64,000 nucleotides of DNA from positions 10,602,001-10,666,000 of the forward strand of contig CM059434.1 in assembly GCA_030390025.1 (NCBI GenBank), in the 5' to 3' direction. The stretch is from Squalus acanthias. Taxonomy: Eukaryota. Numbering within the stretch: the stretch's first letter is position 1; every line of letters begins with the position of its first letter. Positions 52,588-64,000 of this stretch are shown here, piece by piece. Under the pieces are notes generated by a model that searched no databases, was not told the DNA's origin, and worked only from the letters and a program-made list of their open reading frames with translations. Position numbers and translations under genes: made by a program.

Positions 52588-53400
52588 TGTAAGAATTTGT
52601 ATCACAGGTCCCACACAGATTACCCAAAGGGTCTTAGGAGTTGTAAAGCATTTTATTAAAGAGCTACAGTTTAAGTGTAATCAGATACTACATGTGATTG
52701 AAATAGATACAGTAGGCATATAACCCGTGACAGCATGAGCGATCTACGGCCCCTGAGTGGAACGGAACAGAATGACCGGACGGAGGGTGAGGCAGAATGG
52801 TGGTCTCGGATTGGGTGGATCCCTGCAGCCTGCGGGAGCGGACACTTCCATTGGGTTGTCTCTCGAGCTGTTGGAGGTGTTAGGCCGTAGCCAGCATCGA
52901 TCCACCGCAGAGGCTAAACTTGATCAAGGTGTTAGGCCGTTGCCAGCCTGCATCCACCTCGGAGAAGCCTTTGCCCCTAACTGCCTGCCTTCTTCTCCCG
53001 GTCGCCCGTTTTTTTACCTTATTTCGATGGGCTGGTGGATACCTGGTGTCAATCATTTTTACCCATCCCATTGTCCAATTACAAGGGAGAGGGTACCTCT
53101 GACAACTCCCCACCCCCCTCCCATCTTTCTGAGGTCAGCTATTTCTAAATGTCTTGTTGTGTTTCTAAAGACATCTTGCTTATCCTACTGGCTCCATGCT
53201 GTCCTCCTTACCAGTTTAGGAATGTCTGCTGGGAGGCCTGTCCTTGTGATGATCTGAGCCCTCTGTGCATAGCTGATGTGAGTGGAATTCTCTCTAAGTC
53301 ATCAGCCAGCCCACATCTGCTGAGTTGGCAAACCTACTTTTTGCAGAATCGTTATTCCCTTTATAACTTGCGATTTCTTTGGGTTTAAAGATTTCTTACA
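52588..53400 (-). mobile_element. Solo LTR (813 bp)
   Basis: TGTAAGAA...TTCTTACA 8-bp inverted termini, CCCC on both flanks, AATAAA on the minus strand at 52652-52657. Confidence 0.62.
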
Positions 53401-53492
53401 CCCCTCTATTACTAGCAGATGTGCTTCAGTTGTTGGCATATTAGGCTGCAGTTGTGCTCCAGACATCAGTTTCAGACAGGCATCTGTACACT

Positions 53493-53620
53493 GAAATAAT
53501 AACAGAAAATGCTGGAAACACTCCGCAGGTCAGGCAGCATCTGTGGAGAGAGAAACAGAGTTAACGTTTCAGATCGATGACCTTTCATCAGAACTGTAGG
53601 AAGCTAGAGATTTAACAGTT
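53493..53620. mobile_element. Penelope-like terminal-repeat fragment
   Basis: ACAGAAAATGCTGGAAACACTC.GCAGGTCAGGCAGCATCTGTGGAGAGAGAAACAGAGTTAACGTTTC; same family as 5572 and 21678. Confidence 0.7.
53559..53595 (-). ncRNA. Minimal type I hammerhead ribozyme motif (Penelope-type)
   Basis: AGUU-CUGAUGA-A-AGGUC-AUC-GAUCU-GAAA-CGUU-AACU: stem I, stem II, conserved core and palindromic stem III. Confidence 0.65.
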
Positions 53621-54002
53621 TATCGGAGAGAAGAGCAGATTTTCTTCAAGGTGGGCATTTCTCTAGAACGATGCTCATTTGGTAGATCTCAGCCATTCTG
53701 CTGACTGTGCCTCATACTCAGCACATTGACAATGTAACTCTGTGCATGCGTGCTTGGATAACTGTACATAGATCGTATCCCCAGGTGGCTGACTTTTTAA
53801 ACAGGCAGGACAAGTGCTTCGTTCCTAATTTAAAAATAACATGTAAATGAACCAACTGGACACTTTTAAAATATGATAAGACGTCAGGCTGGAGTATCCA
53901 GCACCCTGTACAAACTTGGGGCCATTAGGTCTGCCTGCTGGACAGGACTTCACATCTCTTGCTTTATCGTCTGGTTGTACTGTGGTAAAAAGATAAGAAG
54001 GA

Positions 54003-54357
54003 ACTTGCATTTATATAGCGGATTTGTCCCAAAGTGCTTTACAGACAATGAAGTACTTTAGAATTATATTCATTACTGTAATGTAGGAAACACAGCAGCC
54101 AATTAGCGCACAGCAAGATCCTGCAAACAGCAATGAGATAATGACCACATAATCTGTTCATTGCGGTGAAGGTTGAGGGATAAATATTGGACAGAACGCC
54201 AGAGATAACCCCCCTGCTCTACTTCGAAATAATGCCATAGGATCTTTTACGTCCACCTGAGAGGGCAGACAGGGCCTCGGCTTAACGTCTCATCCGAAAG
54301 ACGGCACCTCCGACAGTGCTGCACTCCCTCAATACTGCACTGGATTGTTAGCCTAGA
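54003..54357 (-). mobile_element. Deu-domain SINE lacking its head
   Basis: Same family as 3218-3660. Confidence 0.8.
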
Positions 54358-55714
54358 ATTCTTTTAGAGTTAGGGTAGGAGCAACCATACTCTCAAACAC
54401 ACACAAAAAAATCTCAGCTGCATATTGGAGCTAGATTGGGAACTAACTCTGGCCTGACCTGAGTTATACTGTCACTCTTAGTTGCGGTGAAGATGAAGCC
54501 ACTTTGTAATGTTGCAAAACTGATATCGTAACGGCACTCTTTGTGTCTTTGGGAATCAGATTGCCAACCTCACTCCAGAGGTATATTGCCACTTTCATAT
54601 CAGGAGACATTCAAGACCACTTTGTATCATTGCAAAAGTGGCTATATAACTTCAGCCTAAGACACAATAGTGGATAATAGGGAGAGCATGGTGAATATCA
54701 CCTGAAAGTCAGAATTGGGTTGTGGCTTTCAAGTATTATTAATTCTGTATTATACTAGCAGATCACTTATGGCACTGCTCATAGTTATACTGCTGTATGG
54801 AAAGGGTACTGGCTGTGAATCTGGAGGAGGGTTTCACTTCTCCACTGAAAGAATTTGGAAAGAAGCTTGCAAGAGAGGTCCTCAGAAACAGTGCAGCATT
54901 TTTCATTCTTACACGGAAAATAAATAGTGTTTTCCTTACTCGCTGCAGATAGATAGATAAATCCTAGTAACATAAATAAATCTCTGCGCATAATATGGGG
55001 AGCAGCCCTATCACCCTTCTGGTGCACTCCCAGTCCATCTCCCGTGGGAGAAAGGGCCAAAAGTTGGCGAGGATTGAGATATGCTGGGTCCCAGCCTATA
55101 TTGGGCATTTGTGCTGGGCTTTGTTAGTGGGGGGAGCCCCTGCCTGGCCATTACAGGGCCACTGTTGCAAAGGGGATAGAACCAGGAATTCCCTAAGTCA
55201 GGTGTACCTGCTCGCCGGCCTTCAGCTAAGCACTGGCATATGATTGGCACAGATACACGTGGTCCCACCAGGCATACCTGACCAATCCAACAGAAGAGAG
55301 ACCCATCCCAGGCTCCAGGCCAATGTTTGGGTCTGGACTTCCAAAGACAAGTAGCCCAAAAAACAATTGGTGGGAATTGAAGAAGCCCCTTTGTAAGAGG
55401 CCCACTCAGGCACGCAAAAAGATTTAATGGTGCGGGTGGGGGGTCGGTGGGGGGGGGGGTACCCAGACTCACCTCCCGCCCCAAACCCCCACACGCCTGC
55501 CCAGCCACCTACTGGACTGGTTGGGGGAGCCACAAAGGTGTCCTCACACCACGGAAGGTCCGCTCCTGAAGACTCAACCCCTGACCCATGAACTTCAGCA
55601 GGGCTGAAGACAGAGTTCTGCAGTGGTCCCAATCCTGGTGATTTTCTAGGCCTTTTTTTCCCCCTTATTTGCATTTTTTCATTCTTTACCAAATATCTCT
55701 GCCACCGCAATTTG

Positions 55715-56245
55715 ACTTACATTGGCTCCAGGTCTGGCAACGCCTCCATTTTAAAATTCTCATCCATCTGTTCAAATCCCTCCGTAGCCTAGCCCCTCCC
55801 TCTCTCTGCAACCTCCTCCAGCCCTACTACCCTCCGAGAAATCTGCATTCCTCCAACTCTGGCCTCTTGTGCGTCCCCCCCACTTCCCTCACCCCACCAT
55901 TGGCAGCCATGCCTTCAGATGGCTATAGAATCATAGAAGATAGGAGCAGGAGTAGGCCATTCGACCCCTCGAGCCTGCTCCGCCATTCAATGCGATCATG
56001 GCTGATCATCCAAATTCAGTACCCTGTCCCTGCTTTCTCCCCATATCCCTAAGCTTTGGAATTCCCTCCCTAAACCTCTCCGTCTTCACCTCCCTCTCCT
56101 CCTTTAAGACTCTCTTTAAAACCAGGCTTATGGTCACCTGTCCTAATGTCTCCTTCTTTGGCTTGGTGTCGATTTTTGGCCTATCACCCCTCTTGTGAAG
56201 CTCCTTGGGATGTTATATTATGTAAAAGGCCCTAAATAAATTGTT
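55715..56245 (+). mobile_element. L2 3' fragment interrupted by a minus-strand CR1 tail (55926-56051)
   Basis: LHWLQVWQRLHFKILIHLFKSL...; L2 resumes at CCCTAAGCTTTGGAATTCCCTCCC after the insert. Confidence 0.78.
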
Positions 56246-56464
56246 GTATATCCCACCCAATTTTCTTGCTCATTGATAAAGCAATGCAAAGGAGAATTGG
56301 GTGAGCTTTTAAAGGGAAAAATCGCGCATGCGCAGAATTTTGAATGGGCCACACAGCCCGGTAAAGGGGCCGCATGGCTCAAAAGAAAATGAGAGGGAAC
56401 TATGGTGTATAATGGTTGGCCGATCCAATACCACCAATTTTTGTCATCGCCAAAAGTGAAAATC

Positions 56465-56822
56465 AACAACAACTTGTATTTATATAGCGCCTTTAATATA
56501 GTAAAACGTCCCAAGGCGCTTCACAGGAGCGTTATAAAACAAAATTTGACACCGAGCCACATAAGGATATATTAGGACAGGTTTTAATGAGCGTCCTGAA
56601 GGAGGAGAGAGAGGTAGAGAGGTGGAGAGGTTTAGGGAGGGAATTCCAGAGCTTAGGGTCTCGGCAGCTGAAGGCACGGCCACCAATGGTGGAGCGATTA
56701 AAATCGGGGATGCTCAAGAGACCAGAATTAGTGAAGCGCAGAGATCTCGGAGGGTTGTAGGTTGTAGGAGATTACAGAGATAGGGCGGGGTGAGTCCATG
56801 GAAGGATGAGAATTTTAAAATC
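56465..56822 (-). mobile_element. L2 3' fragment
   Basis: SIPDFNRSTIGGRAFSCRDPKLWNSLP; (GTT)n tail. Confidence 0.85.
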
Positions 56823-58274
56823 CACTCCCATTGCTTTCTTGTATTCTTAGTAGTTTCTCATTGTACATTTATCTACCCACTTTCCATCACATCCCCTATC
56901 CCCTCAGTTGTGACTTGTTGGAATTCTTTTATGAACATGGAATTTGAAAGAATCAGCTGCAATATACTAAGACATGATGACTGAAGTGCAACCCCTGAAG
57001 CTTGGCACAAATAGTATGCCTTGTTGGACAAAACATGCATTAGATACAACATTATATATATAGGTATATTAAATAGTGTTGTAAATAAAGTAAATTTTTT
57101 CACCCTTTATGTAGCAACCACATCAGATGCGATTGAGGCGCTGTGTGTAATATATAATCAAAGTCTACACATACACACAGAATGCAGATGTGACAATTTT
57201 TATTGCATCTGTTTAACCTACAGCTGTATTATTATGTATTTTTGCCACCCTTCAATTCTCTTCCTCCCTCTCCTGCAGGCAATGATTTATGCTGGGTACA
57301 ATTCCATCGGCACTACCACTATTGAACCCAAGCATCTATTCTTCATGTATGTGTCTGGAGATTTAATGTCAAAAGGGTTACTTGTCAAAGGGGGTCAGAG
57401 CTGAATCCAGCCCTGTCCTCACATAAAGTCCATGCATGTAGATGTTCCAGGAGCAGGAATATTCGATGATTTTTTCCCCCCTTTCTATCTCAGAGTCACC
57501 AAGGATAATTGTAATTGCCCAACATCTGTCCTGGCTGGGATGAGCTAGCTTAGCTCAGAGCAGGGATCAGTTCTGAGACCTTCTTGTTCTTTGTGGCCAA
57601 CCCAGATCATGTGATACGTTACCCACTGCACTATTGGGGAACTCAGATCATTTTAGGTTTTAGGTCATTGGGAAACAAATAGAGATTAAAGAAACTGAAC
57701 CTATTCCAACTGTGGAAAAAAATAAGTGGGATGCGAGCCAGGTTTTTTAATATAATGAAGCAAATTGATTAAGTGGATGTAGAAGGATAGAAGAACCATA
57801 GGAGAGAATTCTAAACTAAAGAAATCAAGAGCTAAACTTAATATTAAAAAAAAACTTTCCTAGTAGTCACTGACTTATGGAATAGACTGCCACCTAGTGC
57901 AATAATACTAACGCAGTTGAAGCATTCAAATGGGAATTGGATTGATTCCTGATACAAATGTAACAGATGGATATGGGTTTGGAATAGGAGAAGGGCAGTG
58001 GACAGGATTTAAGGAGAGCAATAAAGACAAGGGACATAGGCTTGGGTGAAGAAAAAGATGACAATAGTTGCATTGATTCTGAACTGGGCTTGTTTGATGG
58101 ATGGGTTGAATGGACGTTTCTCATTTCTACATCTTTTTCTTTAAGTTTATTTATAAATTGTCATTGATAATAAGACATGATCATCTGACTGATATGATAG
58201 TTTTACAGAGGATAATAGATGTCCAGCCATGAGATATAAGGTAGTTAATGCAGTTGGCATCCAACCAACTACCT

Positions 58275-58690
58275 CAAGCATTCACTCCCTCCACCACTGG
58301 CGTACCGTGTCTGCACTGTGTACCATCTACAAGATGCACTGCAGCAACTCGCCAAGGCTTCTTCGGCAGCACTTTGGCAGCACCTCCAAAACCCGCGACC
58401 TCTTCCACCTAGAAGGACAAGGGCAGCAGGCGCATGGGAACACCACCACCTCCAAGTTCCCCTCCAAGTCACACACCATCCTGACTTAGAAGTATATTGC
58501 CGATCCTTCATCATCGCTGGGTCAAAATCCTGGAACTCCCTCCCTAACAGCACTGTGGGAGTACCTTCTCCACATGGACTGCAGTGGTTCAAGAAGGCGG
58601 CTCACCACCACCTTCTCAAGGGCAATTAGGGATGGGCAATAAATGCTGGCCTTGCCAGCGACGCCCACATCCCATAAACAAATAAAAAAT
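58275..58690 (+). mobile_element. Non-LTR LINE 3' fragment (same family as 1-238)
   Basis: IHSLHHWRTVSALCTIYKMHC...WNSLPNSTV...FKKAAHHHLLKGN* followed by an A-rich tail. Confidence 0.8.
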
Positions 58691-59707
58691 AATTATTGGA
58701 AGTCTTTAATCCTATTCTTGCTTTCTATTACTCATCTATTTTTCATCTTTGTTGTATAAAATGGCTGTTGAATTTTTGGCGGTACTTTCCTTCAACTACT
58801 GGAGAATGAAGTTTGTACATGCAGATAATAAGATAATACAGACAAGAGACAAGGCATTGGATGCACCTGGTATACAAGATCACATGTTGTATGCGATCGA
58901 TATATTAATTTGAATTTTCATTTGGAAGTAAAGGCAGTAGCACATATTAGATTGCATTTTCCAATAGTCTACTGGACTTATACAATTCAGTGTACATTTC
59001 CCACAGAGCAGCATGTCCACTAGGCTCAGACTCCTGAGATATCTGTCCTCACTATGGGTTTTATCCAGCCCCATCCTCTTGTTAACCCATCTGATACTTA
59101 TTGCAGTACGTTAGAAGGTTTAGTGACATCAGGGAGCTCAGATTACACCAGTGAAACTCCAAAATTATACTACAACCTGTAATTCGAAGTAGTGACGATC
59201 TTATATCTGTTTATGTTATTTTGATGCACCTATGACTGGTGCATTCAGAACCATTGTAGAGTCCAGTATTACCTGCAAATTTCCTTCATGTCATTCCTCT
59301 GAAAATGCTGACTTGATATCTCATGGTGTGACATAACAAGACTTTCACCATGATTGGCTTTGTACCACCACATTACCTCATGTGATAGGAATAGCCAATG
59401 CCAGAAGTACAATTTTGCTGCTGTGATACTGGGAAGTAGCCTAACCATTAAAGGCTTTTTGTGCCACTATATGTGCAAGAGGAAAGAAATTTTTGCATCT
59501 TTTCACCCAGAACATTACTCCTATATCAATTTGGATGGGCAAAAGTATACAACAATTCTAGCAGACAAGTCAGAAGGCACAAAATACAGAGAATAAAAGA
59601 CGGCTGGAAGTGAGCTATAAAGTTGCAACTTCTGAAAACATCAGAAACCACAAGAGCTGTACTTTACCAGTTTATAGAGACATCAGAACCCCAGCACTTT
59701 GATCTGT

Positions 59708-59848
59708 TTGACCAAGCTTTTGGTCGCCTGTCCTAATATCTCCCTATGTGGCTTGGTGTCAAACTTTGTTTGATAACGTTCCTGTGAAGCACCTTGGGAT
59801 GGTTTACCACATTAAAGGTGCTATGTAAATGCAAGTTGTTCTTGTTGT
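59708..59848 (+). mobile_element. L2 3' tail fragment
   Basis: TTTGACCAAGCTTTTGGTC...AAAGGTGCTATGTAAATGCAAGTTGTT. Confidence 0.75.
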
Positions 59849-59934
59849 TACACACTCCAAAGTATAAGTGTGTACATATAATAGATGGAAAGAGAGAAAG
59901 GGGGAAAGAGAGAGATATTCTGCTTTGAAAGAAA

Positions 59935-60331
59935 ACTTGCATTTCTATAGCGTCTTTCACAACCAGACATCTCAAAGAACTTTACAGCCAATTTGCGCAC
60001 AGCAAGCTCCCACAAACAGCAATGTGATAATGACCAGATAATATTTTTGTTATGTTGGTTGAGGGATAAGTATTGGCCAGGACACCAGGGATAACTCCCC
60101 TACTCTTCTTCAAAATAGTGCCATGGGATCTTTTACGTCCACCTGAGAAACCAGACAGGGCCTCAGTTTAACATCTCATCTGAAAGACAGCACCTCCAAC
60201 AGTGCAACACTCCCTCAGCACTGCACTGGAGTGTCAGCCTAGTTTTATGTGCTCAAGTTCTATGGAGTGGGACTTGAACCCACAACTTCTACGACTCAGA
60301 GGCAAGTGTGCTACCCACTGAGCAACAGCTG
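59935..60331 (-). mobile_element. Deu-domain SINE with an internal deletion
   Basis: Same family; head and tail both present. Confidence 0.82.
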
Positions 60332-61312
60332 GCCATTTGGGTCATAGTATATATTATACATACTTATACTTGAGACTTGTAACAACAACAACTTGAGGTT
60401 GAATTGTCACCATTGTATTTTTATTACCAACACCAACTTTCACCATTAAGAAAGTTCAAATGATTTGCAATTATCGTTTGAACTACAGAATTAGATTGCA
60501 GCTTTGAACTCATTCCCCTGTATCTGTTTTCCTTTTGCAATATACAAGATTTCTTTCTCTGTGGTACTTTATATTCTATGTGGGGACAGCAGCTGTCAAT
60601 GCGCTGCATCCCTCATGGACAACTGTCACATTGACAGAGGGATATTATCATTTTTATTTCAATAACCAGCATATATTATAAGGCAATAAATTAATCCAAG
60701 GATACCTGTGGCATAAACTAAATCATAAAAGCATGAACATCGACATATTCTAGTAGAACATAAACACTGTGTTACTGCTGTATAACTCCTGACTAATTAT
60801 TGCTCTAATGTAATAACATCTTGATATAAGAAAATTGATATTAAATACCAACTGTGCTCCTTGTCATGGTATACAACAATAATATAGTTAAATAACTAAC
60901 TTGCAATCGGGTTATATCAAATGCTCTCTTGTAACAGGACTGCACTGAAACTTCTTATACTGTGACAGTTGGTAGAGAGTACAGTATTTGGGCTTAAGGA
61001 AGTCCTAGTTTAACAATATAACTAGTGGAATATTTGTGTGGCAGTGTGCTAGCATGGCCTTCAATCAGTATAGATTATTATTTTATCTCATGAGTGTGGA
61101 AAACTATACAGCCCATAATTGATGAAGTCACATGAGGGTTTTGAAGTTTATCCGCATGGCATAACATTCCATAGGTACCCACTGAGTAATATATGCATAG
61201 CACTCATTTAAAAACGTCTTACTGAAACGAACTGAGAACTATTGTAAGTGCAAAGGCCCATTGATATTTTACATAGTCATGTGAGGATTTGGGTTAAATG
61301 ATTGGATGATTT

Positions 61313-61742
61313 AACAACAACAACTTGTATTTATATAGCGCCTTTAACGTAGTAAAACGTTCCAAGGCGCTTCACAGGAGTATTATAACACAAAAAATTT
61401 GACACCGAGCCACATAAGGATAAATTAGGGCAGGTGACCTAAAGCTTGGTCAAAGAGGTAGGTTTTAAAGCGCATCTTAAAGGAGGAGAGAGAGGTAGCG
61501 AGGAGGAGAGGTTTAGGCAGGGAATTCCAGAGCTTAGGGCCTTGGCAACAGAAGGCACGGCCACCAATGGTTGAGCGATTATAATCAGGGATGCTCAAGA
61601 GGCCAGAATTAGAGGAGCACAGATATCTCGGGGGGTTGTGGGGCTGGAGGACATTACAGAGATAGGGAGGGGGCGAGGCCATGGAGGGATTTGAAAGCAA
61701 GGATGAGAATTTTGAAATCGAGGTGCTGCTTAACCGGGAGCC
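61313..61742 (-). mobile_element. L2 3' fragment
   Basis: ORF 61425-61700 PPYLCNVLQPHNPPRYL...FKTYLFDQALGHLP. Confidence 0.88.
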
Positions 61743-61917
61743 CTAAATTAAAGTCCCTAAATTATTTTTGCAGCGATCACAAACTAATTATAACTTTCAT
61801 CTCCGTGAGTCATTGGTACCACTGACAGTGTTTGAAATGACTTCAGCCTTTCAGTGTGAAATGAAAGCATCACTTTCAGTGCAGACATTTATCAGAGCAA
61901 AGTACCTCAGTGCTCGT

Positions 61918-62320
61918 CGACCTACATTGGCTCCCGGTCCGGCAATGCCTCAATTTTAAAATTCTCATCCTCTTGTTCAAACCCCTCCATGGCCTCGCCC
62001 CTCCCTATCTCTGTAACCTCCTCCAGCCCTACAACCCTCCGAGATCTCTCCACCTCTCCAATTCTGGCTCTTCGCTCCACCATTAGTGTCTGTGTCTTCA
62101 GCTGCCTCGGCCCTAAGCTTTGGAATTCCCTCCCTAAACCTCTCTGCCTCTCTGTCCTTATTTAAGACACTTCTTAAAACCTACCCCTTTGACCAAGCTT
62201 TGGTCACCTGTCTTAATATCTTCTTATGTGGTTCGGTGTCAAATTTTGTTTGATAATGCTCCTGTGAAGCATCTGGGGATGATTTATTACATTAAAGGCA
62301 CTATATAAATGCAAGTTGTT
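61918..62320 (+). mobile_element. L2 3' fragment
   Basis: Reverse-orientation homologue of 61313-61742. Confidence 0.85.
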
Positions 62321-63175
62321 GAAATTGACTTCTTAGAGATATTACAAAGTCCAGGAACTAAAAGTTGCAATTAGTTCTTGTAAGAACTTGTTTTTAATCT
62401 GTAGACCACTCTGGGTCAGGCTCCCTTCCCTGAAGGACACTGGGGAACCAGTTGGGGTTTTACAATAACCCTTCAGCTTTCATGGTCATTCTTCTGAAGC
62501 TAGCCCACAGATTACCAGATTTATTGAATTTAATTTCACAACCTGCCATAGTGGGAGTTGAAAACCCAACCTCTGGGTTACCATTCCAGTACCCTAATCA
62601 AACTACTGTACACATGTACAGTTGGGACTTCAATAGCCAAATACTTAAACTTACATTGCAATTCAGAGAATTTCTGCAAGTGCAGCCAGACCTGAAAGGA
62701 AGAGAGGCACAATGTTAGTGTTGAACAACTTTTGTATTCGATAGTCCTTCAGTAGATGAGCATGGTATAAACTGCATTTTTCAGTAACTGAACTTGCACT
62801 TTCCCCCATAAGATACAAAGAGATTCAGTGCCCTGTACTATAAACAAACTATGACTGTAATTTTCTTATAATAGAGCCGAAGTTACTGACCTGAAATTAC
62901 AAGGGGCCATTTACTGTGCAGCTGCAATTCTTCCTGAGTAATTAATTTAAAGGGAAACTCCAATCAGTTTACAAATGATACATACAAAATTGTAATGAGA
63001 AATTTGCAATGCAACTGATCGTGTCCTGAAACATGCATTCGTTGAATCCTCTGATTGACTTTCACCTTTAAGTCGCTTTCAAGCCAGATATTTATTTCAT
63101 ATATAATAATTATGATAATTTTTTTTACAATGCATTTTAATTGCTTACCATTGTTGGTTGTGCCTACTGAGCACA

Positions 63176-64000
63176 CAACAGCAACTTGCATTTATATAGT
63201 GCCTTTAACGTAGTAAAATGTTCCAAACATCACAGAAGCGTAACCAGACACAAAACTGACACCGAGCCACATAAGGAGACATTAGGACAGGTGACTAAAA
63301 GCTTGGTCAAAGAGGTAAGTTTTAAAGCGCATCTTAAAAGGAAGAGAGAGAGAGAGGTGGAGAGGTTTAGGGAGAGAATTTCGAGCTTAGGGCCTAGACA
63401 GATGAAGGCATGGCCGCCAATGGTAGAGTGAAGGAAATCGGGGATGCACAAGAGGCCAGAGTTTTAGGAACGCAGTTTTCTCGGTGGGTTTTAGGGCTGG
63501 AGAAGGTTACAGAGATAGGGAGGGGCAAGACCATGGATGGATTTGAACATGAGGATGAGAATTTTAAAATCAAGGCATTGGTCGACCGGGAGCCAATGCA
63601 GGTTAGTGAGTACACGGGTGATGGGTGAATGGGACTTGGTGTGGGTTAGGAAACGGGAAGCAGAGTTTTCGATGAGCTCAAGTTTATGGAGGGTGGAAGA
63701 TGGGAGGCCAACCAGGAGAGCATTGGAATAATCAAGTCTCGAATAAGAAAAAAATAGATGAGGGTTTGAGCAGCAGATGAGATGAGGCAGGGGCAGCGAT
63801 GGGAATTTTAACAGAGCTGCAAATAGGTAATCTTTATGATAGAGAAAATATGGGGTCGGAAGTTCAGGTTATGGTCAAATATGACGCAAAGGTTGCGAAC
63901 CGTCTGGTTCAGCTTGAGACAGTGGTCAGGGAGAGGGATGGAATCGATGGCAAGGGAAGACAATTTCTTTGGTCTTCCCAATGTTTAATTGGAGGGAAAT
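63176..64000 (-). mobile_element. L2 LINE 3' portion, longest copy, running off the window end
   Basis: Same tail, with degenerate RT C-terminal coding sequence extending rightwards. Confidence 0.82.

Noticed and set aside
54990-55660. GC-rich ORFs of 107-165 aa
   Set aside because: No domain similarity; probably a degenerate DNA-transposon remnant that I cannot classify

Overview
Eukaryotic genomic DNA containing the complete Pax6 (Pax6.1-type) locus on the minus strand. The repeat families (Deu-domain tRNA SINE, L2, CR1 and Penelope-like elements) suggest a cartilaginous fish (shark). Coding exons 4-13 plus alternative exon 5a were located by hand from their splice sites. They give a 1269-nt CDS (422 aa; 436 aa with 5a) from ATG 26215 to TAA 8417, with exon sizes matching human PAX6 as I recall them. 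Non-coding exons 0, 1, 2 and 3, promoters P0 and P1, the alpha/neuroretina enhancer, the ectodermal (lens) and pancreatic enhancers, candidate intron-7 CNEs and a 3'UTR with miR-7 and miR-375 seed sites are recognisable. Both flanks are rich in transposable elements; about 22-46 kb is nearly free of them. Most notable observations: (1) a tandem duplicate of the exon-5a splice acceptor 140 nt upstream that would make a stop-containing 'poison' exon; (2) a uORF arrangement whose outcome depends on a GC-donor exon 3 and whose exon-skipped frame encodes a peptide like the teleost Pax6 N-terminal extension but one base out of frame; (3) a near-perfect 46-bp inverted repeat in the P1 promoter; (4) minimal hammerhead-ribozyme motifs in Penelope-like fragments, one in an 83-bp insert with a 12-bp target-site duplication (TSD); (5) a stop-free, 99-nt intron 11 with a weak acceptor; (6) a solo LTR. 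All comparisons with other species are from memory and need alignment to confirm.
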